A DNA stretch of 64,000 nucleotides, taken from contig CAWGMA010000001.1 of NCBI GenBank assembly GCA_963823555.1, positions 1,504,001 to 1,568,000 on the forward strand, read 5' to 3'. A program made the position numbers and the translations under genes. Shown here piece by piece: positions 38,453 to 49,509 of this stretch (the first letter of the stretch is position 1; each line of letters begins with the position of its first letter). The notes under the pieces were generated by a model that ran no database searches, was not told where the DNA came from, and worked only from the letters and a program-made list of their open reading frames with translations. This DNA is from Candidatus Eiseniibacteriota bacterium (lineage in GTDB: Bacteria > Eisenbacteria > RBG-16-71-46 > CAVPCR01).

Positions 38453-39178
38453 CTAGAACCGGTATCCCGCCGACAGGCCGAACGACAGGTTCTCCCGGTA
38501 CTCGATCTCCCCTGCCGCCTCGAGGCCGCGCCAGACGCGGATCGCGCCCCCGCCGAGGAGCTCCAAGTTCTTGCGCGTCTCCCCGCGCGCCGGGAACGGG
38601 CTGTAGGACGGAGCGTACTCGAGAAAATCGTGCCGCGAGTAGATGAGGCCCGCATACAACCGGAGCGGCATCTCGTGCACGGTGAGCAGGCGCCCGAACG
38701 TTCCGTGGGCCACGTAGTTTCGCTCGAGCTTGTGGGTCTGTGAAGTCGAGCGGTCGAACCCGATCGACTCCCGGTACTGCCCCCCGGCGATCACGTCCCA
38801 GCGCCCGCTCGGCGCCAGGTAGAGACGGCTACGTATGCCGAGTGCCACGTTCCACGTCATGTAGTCGCGTTCGGAATAGCGGTCCTGCGCGTTGTGGGCG
38901 CGACCAATCAGGAGCCCGAGCTCGATCCACTCCTCGTAGAGACCGAACTGCGCCTCCATGGCGCTGAACCCGAAGGTATCGTCCTGATTGGAGAGCGCAT
39001 CGGCCTCGACGTCGTACACGTCGCGCTCGTACTGGCGGGTCATGAGCCCGAGCTGGATGTCGCCACGGGGCACGACCGGACTGCCGAAGACGGCGGCAGC
39101 AGGCCGCGGCACGAGGAGAAGGACCACCAGCCCGGCGGCCGCGATCGCGAAGGCGGCGGCGTACCCACGAAAACGCAT
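38453..39178 (-). CDS. Outer-membrane beta-barrel protein
   Basis: Signal peptide, alternating amphipathic strands, terminal beta-signal GLSAGYRF; GGAGG RBS. Confidence 0.75.
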   Translation of the reverse strand: MRFRGYAAAFAIAAAGLVVLLLVPRPAAAVFGSPVVPRGDIQLGLMTRQYERDVYDVEADALSNQDDTFGFSAMEAQFGLYEEWIELGLLIGRAHNAQDRYSERDYMTWNVALGIRSRLYLAPSGRWDVIAGGQYRESIGFDRSTSQTHKLERNYVAHGTFGRLLTVHEMPLRLYAGLIYSRHDFLEYAPSYSPFPARGETRKNLELLGGGAIRVWRGLEAAGEIEYRENLSFGLSAGYRF

Positions 39179-39231
39179 GTTTCCTCCAGGCGGGGGACCA
39201 TCAGAGGAGAAACGGAAATCGGCGGCCTGCT

Positions 39232-42087
39232 TCATGTTGCCGCACCGGCGGGGATGCCGCGGGCCCCGCGGCCCGACTCGAGCCCGGCGCGCAGGGCCGC
39301 ACCGGTGTGCGAGGCCTCCGCGCGGGCCACATCCTCGGGGGTGCCGGCGGCAACGATCCTACCACCTCCCTCCCCACCCTCGGGCCCGAGGTCAACGAGC
39401 CAGTCGGCAGCTCGAATCACGTCGAGGTGATGCTCGATAACCACCACCGTATTACCGAGATCCACCAGCCGCTCGAGGACCTCCAGGAGCTGGCGGACGT
39501 CATCGAAGTGGAGACCGGTCGTGGGCTCATCGAGGATGTAGAGGGTGCGCCCGGTGGCGATCTTGGAGAGCTCGGTCGCCAGCTTCACGCGCTGCGCCTC
39601 GCCTCCGGAGAGCGTGGTGGCCGGTTGCCCGAGGTGGATATAACCGAGACCGACTCCCTTGAGGGTTCCGAGGCGCCGCGCCAGCGCGGGAAAGGCCGCG
39701 AAGAAGTCGCAGGCCTCCTCCACGGTCATGGCGAGGACATCGGCGATCGAGGCCCCGCGGTAGCGGACCTCCAGGGTCTCGCGGCTGAAGCGCTTCCCGC
39801 GGCAGACATCGCAGGTCACGAAAACATCGGGCAGGAAGTGCATCTCGATCTTCGTGACTCCGTCCCCGGCGCAGGCCTCGCAGCGGCCGCCCTTCACGTT
39901 GAAGCTGAAGCGGCCCGGTCCGTAGCCGCGCACACGCGACTCCGGGAGCTGGGCGAAGAGCGCCCGGATCGGATCGAAGGACCCGGTGTAGGTCGCCGGG
40001 TTCGAGCGCGGAGTGCGCCCGATCGGCGACTGGTCGATATCGACGACCTTGTCGATGTGCTCCGTACCCTCGATGCGCTCGTGGGCGCCGGGCGGATTGC
40101 CGGCCCGGTAGAGGAGCCGCGCCAGGGCCCGGTGGAGGACGTCGTTGACGAGGGTCGACTTGCCCGACCCCGAGACGCCGGTCACGCAGGTGAAGGTGCC
40201 CAGCGGGATCGTGACGTCGATCGACTTGAGATTGTTGGCCCGCGCCCCCACCACCCGGATCGTCTTGCCGTTTCCCGGCCGTCTATCGGCCCGGGTCGGG
40301 ATGGTGCGGGCCCGCGACAGGTAGAGCCCGGTGAGGGACCTGGCATCGGCTTCGACCGACTCGGGGGTGCCGGCGGCCACGACCTCGCCCCCGTGCAGAC
40401 CAGCGCCGGGACCGAGATCGAGCACGTAGTCCGCGGCCTCGATCGTGTCCCGGTCGTGCTCGACGACGAGGACCGTGTTGCCCAGGTCCCGGAGACCGGC
40501 GAGCGTGCGCAGCAGCCGCCCCGTATCCCGGGGATGGAGGCCGATCGAAGGCTCATCGAGAACATAGAGGACCCCGGTCAGCCGTGAGCCGACCTGGGTC
40601 GCCAGGCGGATGCGCTGGGCCTCCCCACCGGAGAGGGTCGCCGCCGAGCGATCCAGGGTGAGGTAGTCGAGACCGACGTCGTCGAGGAATCGCAGGCGGT
40701 CGCGGATCTCCTTGATGGCATCCCGGGCGATGGTCGTCTCGCGCTCCGTCAGGGTGAGCCCGTCGAGAAACGATCTGGCCTCGCCGACCGAGAAGGCCGT
40801 CACCGCTCCGATCGAGCACCCGCCGACCTGCACCGCGAGGCTCTCCGCTCGCAATCGCTGGCCACCACAGGCAGCGCAGGGTCGCGGCGACATGAAGCCC
40901 CCGATCCACTCCCGGATCATGTTCGAGCTCGTCTGCCGGTATCGCCGCTCGAGGCTCGGGATCACGCCCTCGAACGGGCGGCGGATCTTGGCGCTCATCC
41001 GCTTCGACTTCCAGCTGAAGTCGATCTCGTCCTTGCCCGAGCCGTAGAGCAGGAGGTCGCGCACCCGCTTCGGGAGCTTTCCGAACGGCGCCTCGAGCGA
41101 GAACCGGTAGTGGCGGGCGAGGGTGGCAAGCATGGCCCCGTACCACTTGGCATCGGCGCTCCGCCAGGGCTTGAGCGCACCCTCGCTGACGGCAAGGCGC
41201 GGATCCGGAACCACGAGCTCCGGATCGACCTCGAGGTGAGTTCCGAGCCCATCGCATTCGCGGCAGGCCCCGTAGGGGCTGTTGAAGGAGAAGTTGCGGG
41301 GCTCGAGCGACTCGAAGGAGAGACCGCACTGGAGACAGGCGGCGCTCTCCGAGAAGAGAATCTCCTCCGCATCGCCCACCGCCACGACCGCGGTGCCGCC
41401 ACCGGCCCGGAGCGCCGTCTCGAGGGAGTCGTGGTAACGGCTCCGCTTCCCCGGATCCGCGGGCAGCCGGTCGATGACGAGCTCGATCGTGTGCTTGCGC
41501 TTCTTGTCGAGGACGACATCCCCGCCGTCGAGGTCCACAAGCTCGCCGTCGATCCGGGCGCGGGGGAATCCGCCGCGGCGGGCATCGGCCAGGATCTCCG
41601 CGTGCTCGCCCTTCCGACCTCGCACCACGGGAGCCAGGATCACGAGGCGGATGCCGGGGGGCTGCGCGAGGAGCCGATCGACCATCTCCTCGACCGTTTG
41701 TCGCCCGATCTCCCGACCACACTTCGGGCAATGCTGCCGGCCGATACGCGCAAAGAGGAGGCGCAGGTGATCATAGATCTCGGTCGTCGTCGCCACGGTC
41801 GAGCGCGGATTGCGCGCCGCGGTCCGCTGCTCGATGGCGATTGCCGGGGACAGCCCGTCGATCGAGTCGACATCGGGCTTCTCCATCTGGCCCAGGAACT
41901 GGCGGGCGTAGGCGGAGAGGCTCTCGACGTAGCGGCGCTGGCCCTCGGCGTAGATCGTATCGAAGGCAAGCGAGGACTTCCCCGAACCCGACACCCCGGT
42001 GATCACGGTGAGCGTGTTCCGCGGGATGTCGATGTCGATATTCTTGAGGTTGTGTTCGCGCGCGCCGCGCACCGAGATCCGATCCAC
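39232..42087 (-). CDS. uvrA: Excinuclease ABC subunit A
   Basis: [10 protein letters not shown], two Walker A GVSGSGKS, two LSGGEAQR, zinc fingers; start taken at GTG 42087 (alternative 42123). Confidence 0.98.
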   Translation of the reverse strand: MDRISVRGAREHNLKNIDIDIPRNTLTVITGVSGSGKSSLAFDTIYAEGQRRYVESLSAYARQFLGQMEKPDVDSIDGLSPAIAIEQRTAARNPRSTVATTTEIYDHLRLLFARIGRQHCPKCGREIGRQTVEEMVDRLLAQPPGIRLVILAPVVRGRKGEHAEILADARRGGFPRARIDGELVDLDGGDVVLDKKRKHTIELVIDRLPADPGKRSRYHDSLETALRAGGGTAVVAVGDAEEILFSESAACLQCGLSFESLEPRNFSFNSPYGACRECDGLGTHLEVDPELVVPDPRLAVSEGALKPWRSADAKWYGAMLATLARHYRFSLEAPFGKLPKRVRDLLLYGSGKDEIDFSWKSKRMSAKIRRPFEGVIPSLERRYRQTSSNMIREWIGGFMSPRPCAACGGQRLRAESLAVQVGGCSIGAVTAFSVGEARSFLDGLTLTERETTIARDAIKEIRDRLRFLDDVGLDYLTLDRSAATLSGGEAQRIRLATQVGSRLTGVLYVLDEPSIGLHPRDTGRLLRTLAGLRDLGNTVLVVEHDRDTIEAADYVLDLGPGAGLHGGEVVAAGTPESVEADARSLTGLYLSRARTIPTRADRRPGNGKTIRVVGARANNLKSIDVTIPLGTFTCVTGVSGSGKSTLVNDVLHRALARLLYRAGNPPGAHERIEGTEHIDKVVDIDQSPIGRTPRSNPATYTGSFDPIRALFAQLPESRVRGYGPGRFSFNVKGGRCEACAGDGVTKIEMHFLPDVFVTCDVCRGKRFSRETLEVRYRGASIADVLAMTVEEACDFFAAFPALARRLGTLKGVGLGYIHLGQPATTLSGGEAQRVKLATELSKIATGRTLYILDEPTTGLHFDDVRQLLEVLERLVDLGNTVVVIEHHLDVIRAADWLVDLGPEGGEGGGRIVAAGTPEDVARAEASHTGAALRAGLESGRGARGIPAGAAT

Positions 42088-42136
42088 GGCACCATGATCG
42101 CTCAGGGGAGGTCGTGAGATCAAGCCGGACTAACGG

Positions 42137-42877
42137 CTAGGTTGCCGCCATCTGCCGTCCGCGAGCCTCGTCGGAAGCCACCTTGCCGTCCATCAGGCGT
42201 ACGGACCGGCGGGCGTGGTTCGCGATGTCCTCCTCGTGCGTGACGAGGATGATGGTGTTCCCGAGCTGGTGGATCTCGTCGACCGCGCGCATGATCTCGT
42301 TCGAGGTCTTGGAGTCGAGGTTGCCCGTGGGCTCGTCGGCGAGGATGAGCGATGGCTCGTTGACCAGGGCCCGGGCGATCGCCACCCGCTGGCGCTGGCC
42401 GCCCGAAAGCTGAGCCGGTCGGTGGTGCGCCCGGTCGCGGAGGCCTACCGTCTCGAGCGCCCGCCACACCCGCTCCTTCCGATCGGCGGGTGACATGCCC
42501 GAGTAGATGAGCGGCAGCTCGACATTGTGGAAGGTGTCCGCCCGGGGCAGCAGGTTGAAGGTCTGGAAGACGAACCCGATCTCGCGGTTCCGGATGCGAG
42601 CCAGCTCGTCGTCGTTGAGCTCCTGGATCTCGATGCCCTTGAAGCGATAGGAACCCCCGCTCGGCGTGTCGAGGCACCCGATGACGTTCATCATCGTCGA
42701 CTTGCCCGATCCGGAGGGTCCCATGATGGCGACGTACTCGCCGCGACGGATGACGAGATCGACACCGTCGAGCGCGCGCACCTCTTCGCCGCCCATGGGG
42801 TAGACCTTGAAGACTCTCTCGAACTCGATCAGCGGTTCGCCCGCCGCCACCGTCCGCTCGACCTGTGCCGTCGACAT
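42137..42877 (-). CDS. ABC transporter ATP-binding protein, MacB/LolD family
   Basis: [47 protein letters not shown]. Confidence 0.93.
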   Translation of the reverse strand: MSTAQVERTVAAGEPLIEFERVFKVYPMGGEEVRALDGVDLVIRRGEYVAIMGPSGSGKSTMMNVIGCLDTPSGGSYRFKGIEIQELNDDELARIRNREIGFVFQTFNLLPRADTFHNVELPLIYSGMSPADRKERVWRALETVGLRDRAHHRPAQLSGGQRQRVAIARALVNEPSLILADEPTGNLDSKTSNEIMRAVDEIHQLGNTIILVTHEEDIANHARRSVRLMDGKVASDEARGRQMAAT

Positions 42878-42895
42878 GATCGTCTCCGATTCTTG

Positions 42896-44305
42896 CTATG
42901 GTCCCGTGCTCGCCAGCGCCGGGATGCCGCTGCCCCGCGCGCGATCCAGGCGGGCCTCGGCCTCGAAGAGCGCCGCCCAGGAGTCGACGAGAGCACTGCG
43001 CGACTCGATGAGCGACACCTGCGCCTGATCGAACTCGAGGATGGTCCCCGAGCCGACCTGGTAGCGCTCCTGCGCCAGCTTCAGGTTCTCCTCGGCCAGC
43101 GCCACCCCCTCGGTGGCGACGGTGATCGATTGCATCGCCTCACGCACGCCGAGGATGGCTTCCTTGATCTCGAGGGTCGCGCCGAGCTCGGCCTGCTGCA
43201 GGCGCGCTCGCTCGCTGGCGAGGTTCCCCTTCGCCGACTTGACCTGGCCCTCCGCCACGAGACCGTCGAAGATGTTCAGACTCACCCCTGCCCGGGCGCT
43301 CCAGCCATCCGAGTCGTTGTCGATTTGAATGATCTCGCCCGTGTCGAGCTCAACCGTGGTCACTCCTGGATTGTAGGTCTTACCCCAATCCAGCGCCCCG
43401 AAGAGCTCCGGATAATGGCTGGCGCTGGCCGCGCCCAGAGACGCCTCGGCACCCTTGACGCTCTCGCGGGCAGCCGCCAGATCGGGACGAGCTGTCAGCG
43501 CCTCGGCGACGACCGCCGTCGAGTCGATCTCGCCGCGAGGGCTGGTGTCGATCTCCCGGGAGATCTCCAGCGGTGTATTCACTGGCAAGGAGAGCAACTG
43601 ATTCAAACGTCCGCGCTCGATCTCGACCCGATTACGGGCTCCGATCTGTTCGAGTCTCGCCTGCTGCAGATTCACGCGAGCTTGCAGGACGTCGTTGCGA
43701 GCGACGGATCCCAGCTCGAAGAGCGTGTCCGCTCGCCGCAACTGGTCCTCCGAGAGCGACACTCCCTCATCGCGAACCTCGGAGAGGCGGATCGCCTTCA
43801 AGAGCTCATAGAACTGGATCCTTACGGCCAGAGCGACATCGAGCTTCTGCGACTCGCTGAGGCTGCGCCCCGCCCGCTCGCCCGCCCTGGCGCCTTTCAC
43901 ATTCTGGATATTGGCCCAGCTGAAAATGGGTTGATTGAGCCCGATTCCCAGTCGCTGATTGTCGCTCGAGTAGTTGCCAAGGCGCAGCTGACCGGTGTTA
44001 TCCACCGTGCCCGCCCCCGAGTAGCCGGATTGGTGGTTGAGCGAGTAGTTCGCACCCACATTCGGCAAGAAGCCCCGGTAGGACTGCCACACCCGTCCCT
44101 GGGCCGCCATGAGGTTTCCGGCAGCTACCGCGACGTCGTAATTCCGCTCGAGGGCGATCGCCACGGCCTGCTCGATGGTCAGGGGCCCCGGGGGAAGCAC
44201 CGCTGACGGCGCCGACGCTTCCTGCGCTTGGCTGGGCACCGCAACGGCCATGAACAAAGCCACGAGTGGCATCCCAGTGCGACGGGCTAGACGTTGGATG
44301 ATCAT
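42896..44305 (-). CDS. TolC family outer-membrane efflux protein
   Basis: Signal peptide; LTIEQAVAIALERN, LNQPIFSW, RPDL, LNIFDG, ERYQVGSGTILE; GGAGG RBS. Confidence 0.9.
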   Translation of the reverse strand: MIIQRLARRTGMPLVALFMAVAVPSQAQEASAPSAVLPPGPLTIEQAVAIALERNYDVAVAAGNLMAAQGRVWQSYRGFLPNVGANYSLNHQSGYSGAGTVDNTGQLRLGNYSSDNQRLGIGLNQPIFSWANIQNVKGARAGERAGRSLSESQKLDVALAVRIQFYELLKAIRLSEVRDEGVSLSEDQLRRADTLFELGSVARNDVLQARVNLQQARLEQIGARNRVEIERGRLNQLLSLPVNTPLEISREIDTSPRGEIDSTAVVAEALTARPDLAAARESVKGAEASLGAASASHYPELFGALDWGKTYNPGVTTVELDTGEIIQIDNDSDGWSARAGVSLNIFDGLVAEGQVKSAKGNLASERARLQQAELGATLEIKEAILGVREAMQSITVATEGVALAEENLKLAQERYQVGSGTILEFDQAQVSLIESRSALVDSWAALFEAEARLDRARGSGIPALASTGP

Positions 44306-44422
44306 CGACTCGAACCTCCAGGAGACGGACGGGCACCCCGAGCTTGGTTGCTGGCTAGCGCCCTCGACGAGGACGGCAGCCGGGCAAAAAGACTCCCGGG
44401 GGCTCCGGTCGACTAATGTCAC

Positions 44423-44449
44423 TACGCATGGCCCAGGTCTCGGGTTTCC
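44423..44449 (-). promoter_or_regulatory. Possible ECF-sigma promoter (GGAAAC-N17-CGTA) upstream of the TolC gene
   Basis: Resembles the AAC/CGT core of ECF promoters; lies in the Yip1-TolC intergenic region. Confidence 0.25.
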
Positions 44450-44484
44450 CCCCTCTACCCGACCAACCATCCCAAGGACACCGC

Positions 44485-45249
44485 TCAACCGCCGAGCGCT
44501 GTGCCCACCGTGGCGGCTCCCAGGGCATAGAGGAGCCAGACCATGATCAGGGCCACGGCCACGCTCTTCAGACGGACGCGATGCACGATGCTGAGCCCCA
44601 GGGCCATGACGAGGAGCTTCCACAGGCTGAAGATGTCCAGATGCTTGAGGAAGGCAAACAGGAAGCCACCCGCATCCTCGGCACCGAGCAACAGCGCCGG
44701 GCCGAAAGGCACTTCCGGCGTCCCCTGGGCCAGCATGGCGGGTAGCTTGACCCCGAGCTCGAGCACCCCGATCAGAAGCCCGTAGCACACGACGGCGAAG
44801 GTGCGCAGGAAGCTCGCGCCGCCCCCCAGAAGGAACCCGACCACGAGGTGGGCCACGAGGGCGATGACGAGCGCGCTCAGCGGTGTCCCCAGCACCGCCC
44901 CCCCGATGCCCAGAGCCCTGATCGCCGGGCTCTTGATCATGCTCTCCGCCTGCGCGAGATCGGCACCGGACATCTCCTCGCGCTCCGCCAGGGCCTCGAG
45001 CTGCGCCGGGATGATGACGCGATCATAGGCGAAGAGAACGAAGCCGGCGGTCAGGAGCACGAGCACGAGGAGCGGCTGCCACCACGTCCGCGGTACCAGA
45101 TCCACGGCAGCAAACGCCTTCCCTGGCGCCACGAAGACGTCCATCGCTCGCCGCAGGAAACTGCCGGCGGCACTCTTTTCATCCGGCGGGGCCACGCTCT
45201 CCCCCACGGGCGCATCCGGCCGGCCTTCATACCCTCTCGGGTCTTCCAT
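44485..45249 (-). CDS. Yip1 family membrane protein
   Basis: VFVAPGKAF..WWQPL, five TM helices, LDIFSLWKL; AGGAG RBS. Confidence 0.8.
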   Translation of the reverse strand: MEDPRGYEGRPDAPVGESVAPPDEKSAAGSFLRRAMDVFVAPGKAFAAVDLVPRTWWQPLLVLVLLTAGFVLFAYDRVIIPAQLEALAEREEMSGADLAQAESMIKSPAIRALGIGGAVLGTPLSALVIALVAHLVVGFLLGGGASFLRTFAVVCYGLLIGVLELGVKLPAMLAQGTPEVPFGPALLLGAEDAGGFLFAFLKHLDIFSLWKLLVMALGLSIVHRVRLKSVAVALIMVWLLYALGAATVGTALGG

Positions 45250-45289
45250 GGTCTTGCTCCTTCCTCGCCCCGGCCCCATCCCCCCCGAC

Positions 45290-45946
45290 TCAGCGCCGGA
45301 GCACGAAACGGAACGGGATCACGATCCGCGCCTTCACCGGTACATCTCGCTGTTTCGCCGGCGTGAACTCCGAGGCCCGCGCCGCCTTGAGAGCGGCCTG
45401 TTCCAGTGCGGCAATGACGTCGGACTGGACGACCACAGCATCGATCACGCGCCCCGTCTCGTCCACCGTGACTTGCACCAGCACCGTTCCCTGCGCGTGC
45501 AACTCGCGAGCGATGTCGGGATACTCCGGCTCGACCACGGTCACCCGCTGCGGAGGGGTATCGAAAGCCACGAATCCCTCGTCCGGCGGGGGGGGCGGCG
45601 CCGAGGTCGGAGGTGAGAACGGATCGAGCACCGTGGGCGGCATCGGCGGGCTCTCCTCCGGTTCCTCGTTTGTCACCTCGGGCTCGACCGGAAGCTCCGG
45701 GATCTCGGGTCGCTCGACCTCCGGCGGCGGCGGCGGAATGTCGATCTCGTCCGGTATGTCGATGACCTGGATCCGTTCCTCGGTGAACTCGTAGGGATGC
45801 GAGGGCGGCCCCATGCCAAACAAGATGTAGAGGATATGCACCGCAGCGGAGATGATCAGGCAGTACACGCAGTAGCGGATATAGCTCTCGTTGAGCTTCG
45901 TGAAGGCCGCTTCTGCGCGCCCCGTCCGCTGAGGGGCGTGGTCCAT
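45290..45946 (-). CDS. tonB: Energy transducer TonB
   Basis: N-terminal TM helix with His, Pro-rich linker, PEYPDIA..QGTVLVQVTVDETG..FTPAKQ..IPFRF. Confidence 0.9.
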   Translation of the reverse strand: MDHAPQRTGRAEAAFTKLNESYIRYCVYCLIISAAVHILYILFGMGPPSHPYEFTEERIQVIDIPDEIDIPPPPPEVERPEIPELPVEPEVTNEEPEESPPMPPTVLDPFSPPTSAPPPPPDEGFVAFDTPPQRVTVVEPEYPDIARELHAQGTVLVQVTVDETGRVIDAVVVQSDVIAALEQAALKAARASEFTPAKQRDVPVKARIVIPFRFVLRR

Positions 45947-45957
45947 GGCCGCCCACC

Positions 45958-46362
45958 CTACTCGTTGCCGCGCGTGGTGAAGGAGACCGGCAATACCCCG
46001 GCCGTCTTCAGCGCGTCGATCGCCTCCGCCATGAGCCGATACGGCGCGTTCTGATCGCAGTTGACGCCCACGAGAATGGTGGGGTTCCGGCGCACCTTGG
46101 TCTCCAGAATGGACGCGAGGTCCTCCATCTTGATGATGCGATCGTCGATGGAGACCGTGCCCTCGGCATCGATCCAGACATGCGTCATGTGCTCACGTGG
46201 GACGCTCTCCCCCATCTCGGCCCGGGGCAACGTGATGCGCAGGCCCTCCTCGAGGCGGAAGATCGTCGTCGACATGAAGAAGATGAAGAGCAGGAAGGCG
46301 ATGTCGGCCATCGATACCGCGGGGATCCGCGTGTCGACAAGTACGGTGCGCAGGAACTTCAT
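45958..46362 (-). CDS. exbD: Biopolymer transporter ExbD
   Basis: SMADIAFLLFIFFMSTT, ITLPRA. Confidence 0.9.
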   Translation of the reverse strand: MKFLRTVLVDTRIPAVSMADIAFLLFIFFMSTTIFRLEEGLRITLPRAEMGESVPREHMTHVWIDAEGTVSIDDRIIKMEDLASILETKVRRNPTILVGVNCDQNAPYRLMAEAIDALKTAGVLPVSFTTRGNE

Positions 46363-46784
46363 CAGCCGCCCTCACCGCTCGCCGGCGCCGTCTTCAGGGA
46401 GATCCGCGGAGCCTCGGCCTCCTTGACCTCGTCGAGAACGCGGATCATCGTCTTGTAGAGGGCCCGCGGATGCGTCTCGATAGAGACGACGAGTTCTTCA
46501 TTCTCCAGGATTCGCCCATGCACGATGTCGCTGAGCGCATCAAGATCATCGACGCTCTCACCATCGGCGAAGACCTTGCTCTCGGCATCGGTATACAGGA
46601 CGAGGACGTTCTTGCGGTTGACCTCCTTCTTGGGTCCGCCCTTGGGCGGGAGGACCAGGGTCAACCCCTGCTCCAGACTGAAAACGGTGGTCGAGATGAA
46701 GAAGATGAGCAACAGGAAGGCAATGTCGGCCATCGACGCCGATGGGATCTCCGTCGAGACTGATGGCCGCCTGAACCGACTCAT
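46362..46784 (-). CDS. exbD: Biopolymer transporter ExbD (second copy)
   Basis: IPSASMADIAFLLLIFFISTT. Confidence 0.9.
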   Translation of the reverse strand: MSRFRRPSVSTEIPSASMADIAFLLLIFFISTTVFSLEQGLTLVLPPKGGPKKEVNRKNVLVLYTDAESKVFADGESVDDLDALSDIVHGRILENEELVVSIETHPRALYKTMIRVLDEVKEAEAPRISLKTAPASGEGG

Positions 46785-46811
46785 TCCCGTCGCCTCCGGC
46801 CACACTCCGCG

Positions 46812-47714
46812 CTAGACACGACGATCTGTCTGCCGCTGATGCTCGAGATCGACCAGGGTGTCCACGACCTCAACGGAAGCCGCCTCCATCTCGGTGATGA
46901 ACTTATCGATCTTGGTGATGAACCAGTTGTACGCGAACTGCACGGGAATGGCGATGCTGAGACCCGTCTCGGTGGTGATGAGGGCTTCGGAGATGCCGTT
47001 GGCCACCACCTTGGCGCTGACCTGATCCGCGGCCGCAATGGCATCGAAGGCGTTGATCATGCCGGATACCGTGCCCAGAAAGCCGATGAGCGGCGCGATC
47101 ACGGTGATCGAAGCCAGCCAGATCAAGGAGCGCTGGAGATAAGCCATCTCGATGACTCCGGCGGACTCGATGGCCTTGGTCACCGCATCGGGTCCCTTGT
47201 CCGCGCGCATGAGCCCCGAGTGCAGGACGGCCGCGATCGGCCCTGGAGTACGCGTGCAGACCTCGATGGCCCCGTCCACGCCCTTGTCACGGAGCGCCGA
47301 GAGCAGGCGGTCGATGAAGCGGCGGGTGTTGATGCGCGCCCTGCTGAGCGTGAACCAGCGCTCGAGGATGAGAGCGACACCCACGATCGAGCAGGCGAGG
47401 AGCGGCCACATGAAGATACCGCCCTTGACGAACCAGTCGACCATGGCGGTCCGCAATCCGCCGCTACGCGGCGTCGCCACGGCTTCTGCGCTGCCACCCG
47501 CCGTCGTTGCGGAGCCGGTTGCCGCCGCCGAACTGGCCGCGCTCTCAGCCGCCGTGCTGCTTGGACCGCCGGCGCTCTCGGACGCCGGGGACTGGGCCGG
47601 TGTCTCCTGCGCCGCGACGGGCGGCATCCCACCGACCAGGAGGAAGAAGCTCAGGACCCAGGGCGCCAGCCGATGCGCGAGCGCCCACCGCTCAGGAACC
47701 CCCGAAACGACCAT
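46812..47714 (-). CDS. exbB: MotA/TolQ/ExbB proton channel protein
   Basis: GGIFMWPLL, APLIGFLGTVSGMI, GISEALITT, IAIP; the exact start is uncertain. Confidence 0.9.
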   Translation of the reverse strand: MVVSGVPERWALAHRLAPWVLSFFLLVGGMPPVAAQETPAQSPASESAGGPSSTAAESAASSAAATGSATTAGGSAEAVATPRSGGLRTAMVDWFVKGGIFMWPLLACSIVGVALILERWFTLSRARINTRRFIDRLLSALRDKGVDGAIEVCTRTPGPIAAVLHSGLMRADKGPDAVTKAIESAGVIEMAYLQRSLIWLASITVIAPLIGFLGTVSGMINAFDAIAAADQVSAKVVANGISEALITTETGLSIAIPVQFAYNWFITKIDKFITEMEAASVEVVDTLVDLEHQRQTDRRV

Positions 47715-47769
47715 GGCGAATCGGCACCTCCCCACGGGCTGGCCAACCATCCCAACTCCCGTGGCGGGA

Positions 47770-47798
47770 ATTGTTCCGGCACCCGGCCAGAGTGTCAA
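47770..47798 (-). promoter_or_regulatory. Sigma70-like promoter of exbB (TTGACA-N17-AACAAT)
   Basis: Perfect -35 at 47798-47793, 17-nt spacer, 4/6 match -10. Confidence 0.5.
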
Positions 47799-47848
47799 CC
47801 GCTCATTTCCCTTTGAGATGCGGGCATGGACTGGAACGCGCGACCAGA

Positions 47849-49180
47849 CTAGGGCTTCAACCGGGTGATCGTGCGGGGGAAAGGTATGGCTTCCCGAATG
47901 TGGTGGATACCGGCGATCCACCCCACCGTACGTTCGATGCCGAGCCCGAACCCGGCATGCGGCACGCTGCCGAAGCGGCGGAGGTCGAGGTACCACTCGA
48001 AGGCCTCGCGCGGAAGCTGGTGCTCCGCCAGGCGCTGCTCGAGAAGGGCCAGATCGTCGATCCGCTGGCCCCCACCCACGATCTCCCCGTAACCCTCGGG
48101 CGCCAGGAGATCGGCGGACTGCGACAGCCGCGGGTCGCTGGGATCCGGCTGCATGTAGAAGGCCTTGCAGGCAGCCGGGAAATGATGCACGAAGAGCGGC
48201 TGATCGAAATCGGCGACCAGGGCCTCTTCATCGGGAGCACCGAAGTCGCCCCCCCACTCGAAATCCATCCCCTTGGCCTTCAGGCGCTCGGCAGCCTCGT
48301 TGTAGTGCAACCGGGGGAATGGCGAACGCACCCGTTCGAGCGGTGCCGTGTCTCGCTCGAGCACTTCGAGGTCCTGACGGCGGCGGTCCAGCACCCGCTC
48401 GACGATGGAAACCACCATCCCCTCGGCCATCTGCATGGCGCCCTCGAGATCCGCGAACGCCATCTCCGGTTCCACCATCCAGAACTCGGTGAGATGCCGT
48501 CGGGTCTTCGACTTCTCGGCGCGAAAGACCGGGCCAAAGCAGTAGACGCGACCGAAGGCCATCACCGTGGCCTCGTTGTAGAGCTGCCCGGACTGCGTGA
48601 GATAGGCCGTTCGCGGGGTCTCGGCGTCCGGGTCGTTGAAGTAAGGCACCTCGAAGAGGGTCGTCGTGCCCTCGCACGCGGCCGGCGTGAACATCGGCGT
48701 ATCGACCAGCACGAAGTCGCGATCATCGAGGAAGTCACGGCATGCGCGCACGACTTCACTGCGAATGCGAAGGAGAGCGTGCTGCTTCGCCGATCGGAGC
48801 CACAGATGCCGGTTGTCGAGCAGGAACTCGATACCGTGCTCCTTCTTGGCAATCGGGTACTCCTGAGCCAGGCTCAAGATCGCGACATCCGTCGCCGTGA
48901 GCTCGAAACCGCCCGGAGCCCGCGGCTCGGCGCGCACCACCCCCGTGACGCGGATCGCCGATTCCTGCGTCACTGCATCGCAGGCCTGAAAAGCCGCCTC
49001 CGTGACCGAGCCCTTGGCGACCACAACCTGGATCGTGCCGGAGCCGTCGCGGAGGAGAAGGAAGTAGAGCTTGCCCGAGTGCCGGCGGTTGTAGAGCCAG
49101 CCCCGAAGCTCGACCTCCGTGCCTGCATGGCGACCGACTTCAGTCACGCGTGTCGGGATGGGACGGCTCTCGTCCACCAT
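47849..49180 (-). CDS. asnS: Asparagine--tRNA ligase
   Basis: [60 protein letters not shown]. Confidence 0.97.
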   Translation of the reverse strand: MVDESRPIPTRVTEVGRHAGTEVELRGWLYNRRHSGKLYFLLLRDGSGTIQVVVAKGSVTEAAFQACDAVTQESAIRVTGVVRAEPRAPGGFELTATDVAILSLAQEYPIAKKEHGIEFLLDNRHLWLRSAKQHALLRIRSEVVRACRDFLDDRDFVLVDTPMFTPAACEGTTTLFEVPYFNDPDAETPRTAYLTQSGQLYNEATVMAFGRVYCFGPVFRAEKSKTRRHLTEFWMVEPEMAFADLEGAMQMAEGMVVSIVERVLDRRRQDLEVLERDTAPLERVRSPFPRLHYNEAAERLKAKGMDFEWGGDFGAPDEEALVADFDQPLFVHHFPAACKAFYMQPDPSDPRLSQSADLLAPEGYGEIVGGGQRIDDLALLEQRLAEHQLPREAFEWYLDLRRFGSVPHAGFGLGIERTVGWIAGIHHIREAIPFPRTITRLKP

Positions 49181-49383
49181 GGGTGCCTCCTGTATCGGAT
49201 TCGATCAAGCGGGGCCGGCTGCGGCTCGCCGGGTCTTGCGCCGCAGGTGAAGCCTGGCAATCACAAGCGGGTTGCCATGCCGTCGCGACATCGTCCCAAG
49301 CCGAAACGGAACGGAGCCCGCTGTCTCACCGGCGGGCACCCGAACGACCCCGGAGGGCGCGCACGTCGCGCGCGGGGCGAGCC

Positions 49384-49412
49384 AAGGTAGCAGAGGCCAC
49401 GCAGGGGGTCAA
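49384..49412 (-). promoter_or_regulatory. Sigma70-like promoter of asnS (TTGACC-N17-TACCTT, TGn extension)
   Basis: -35 at 49412-49407, -10 at 49389-49384; same -10 hexamer as the promoter at 1767-1795. Confidence 0.5.
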
Positions 49413-49509
49413 TTTGCCCCGCCCGGAGGAGACCCGCCGTACGTCGCCTTCGTGTTTCCGGCTGCAGATATGCCGCTCCGAGGACGATAAACACCGGGAA
49501 GGATCCACC

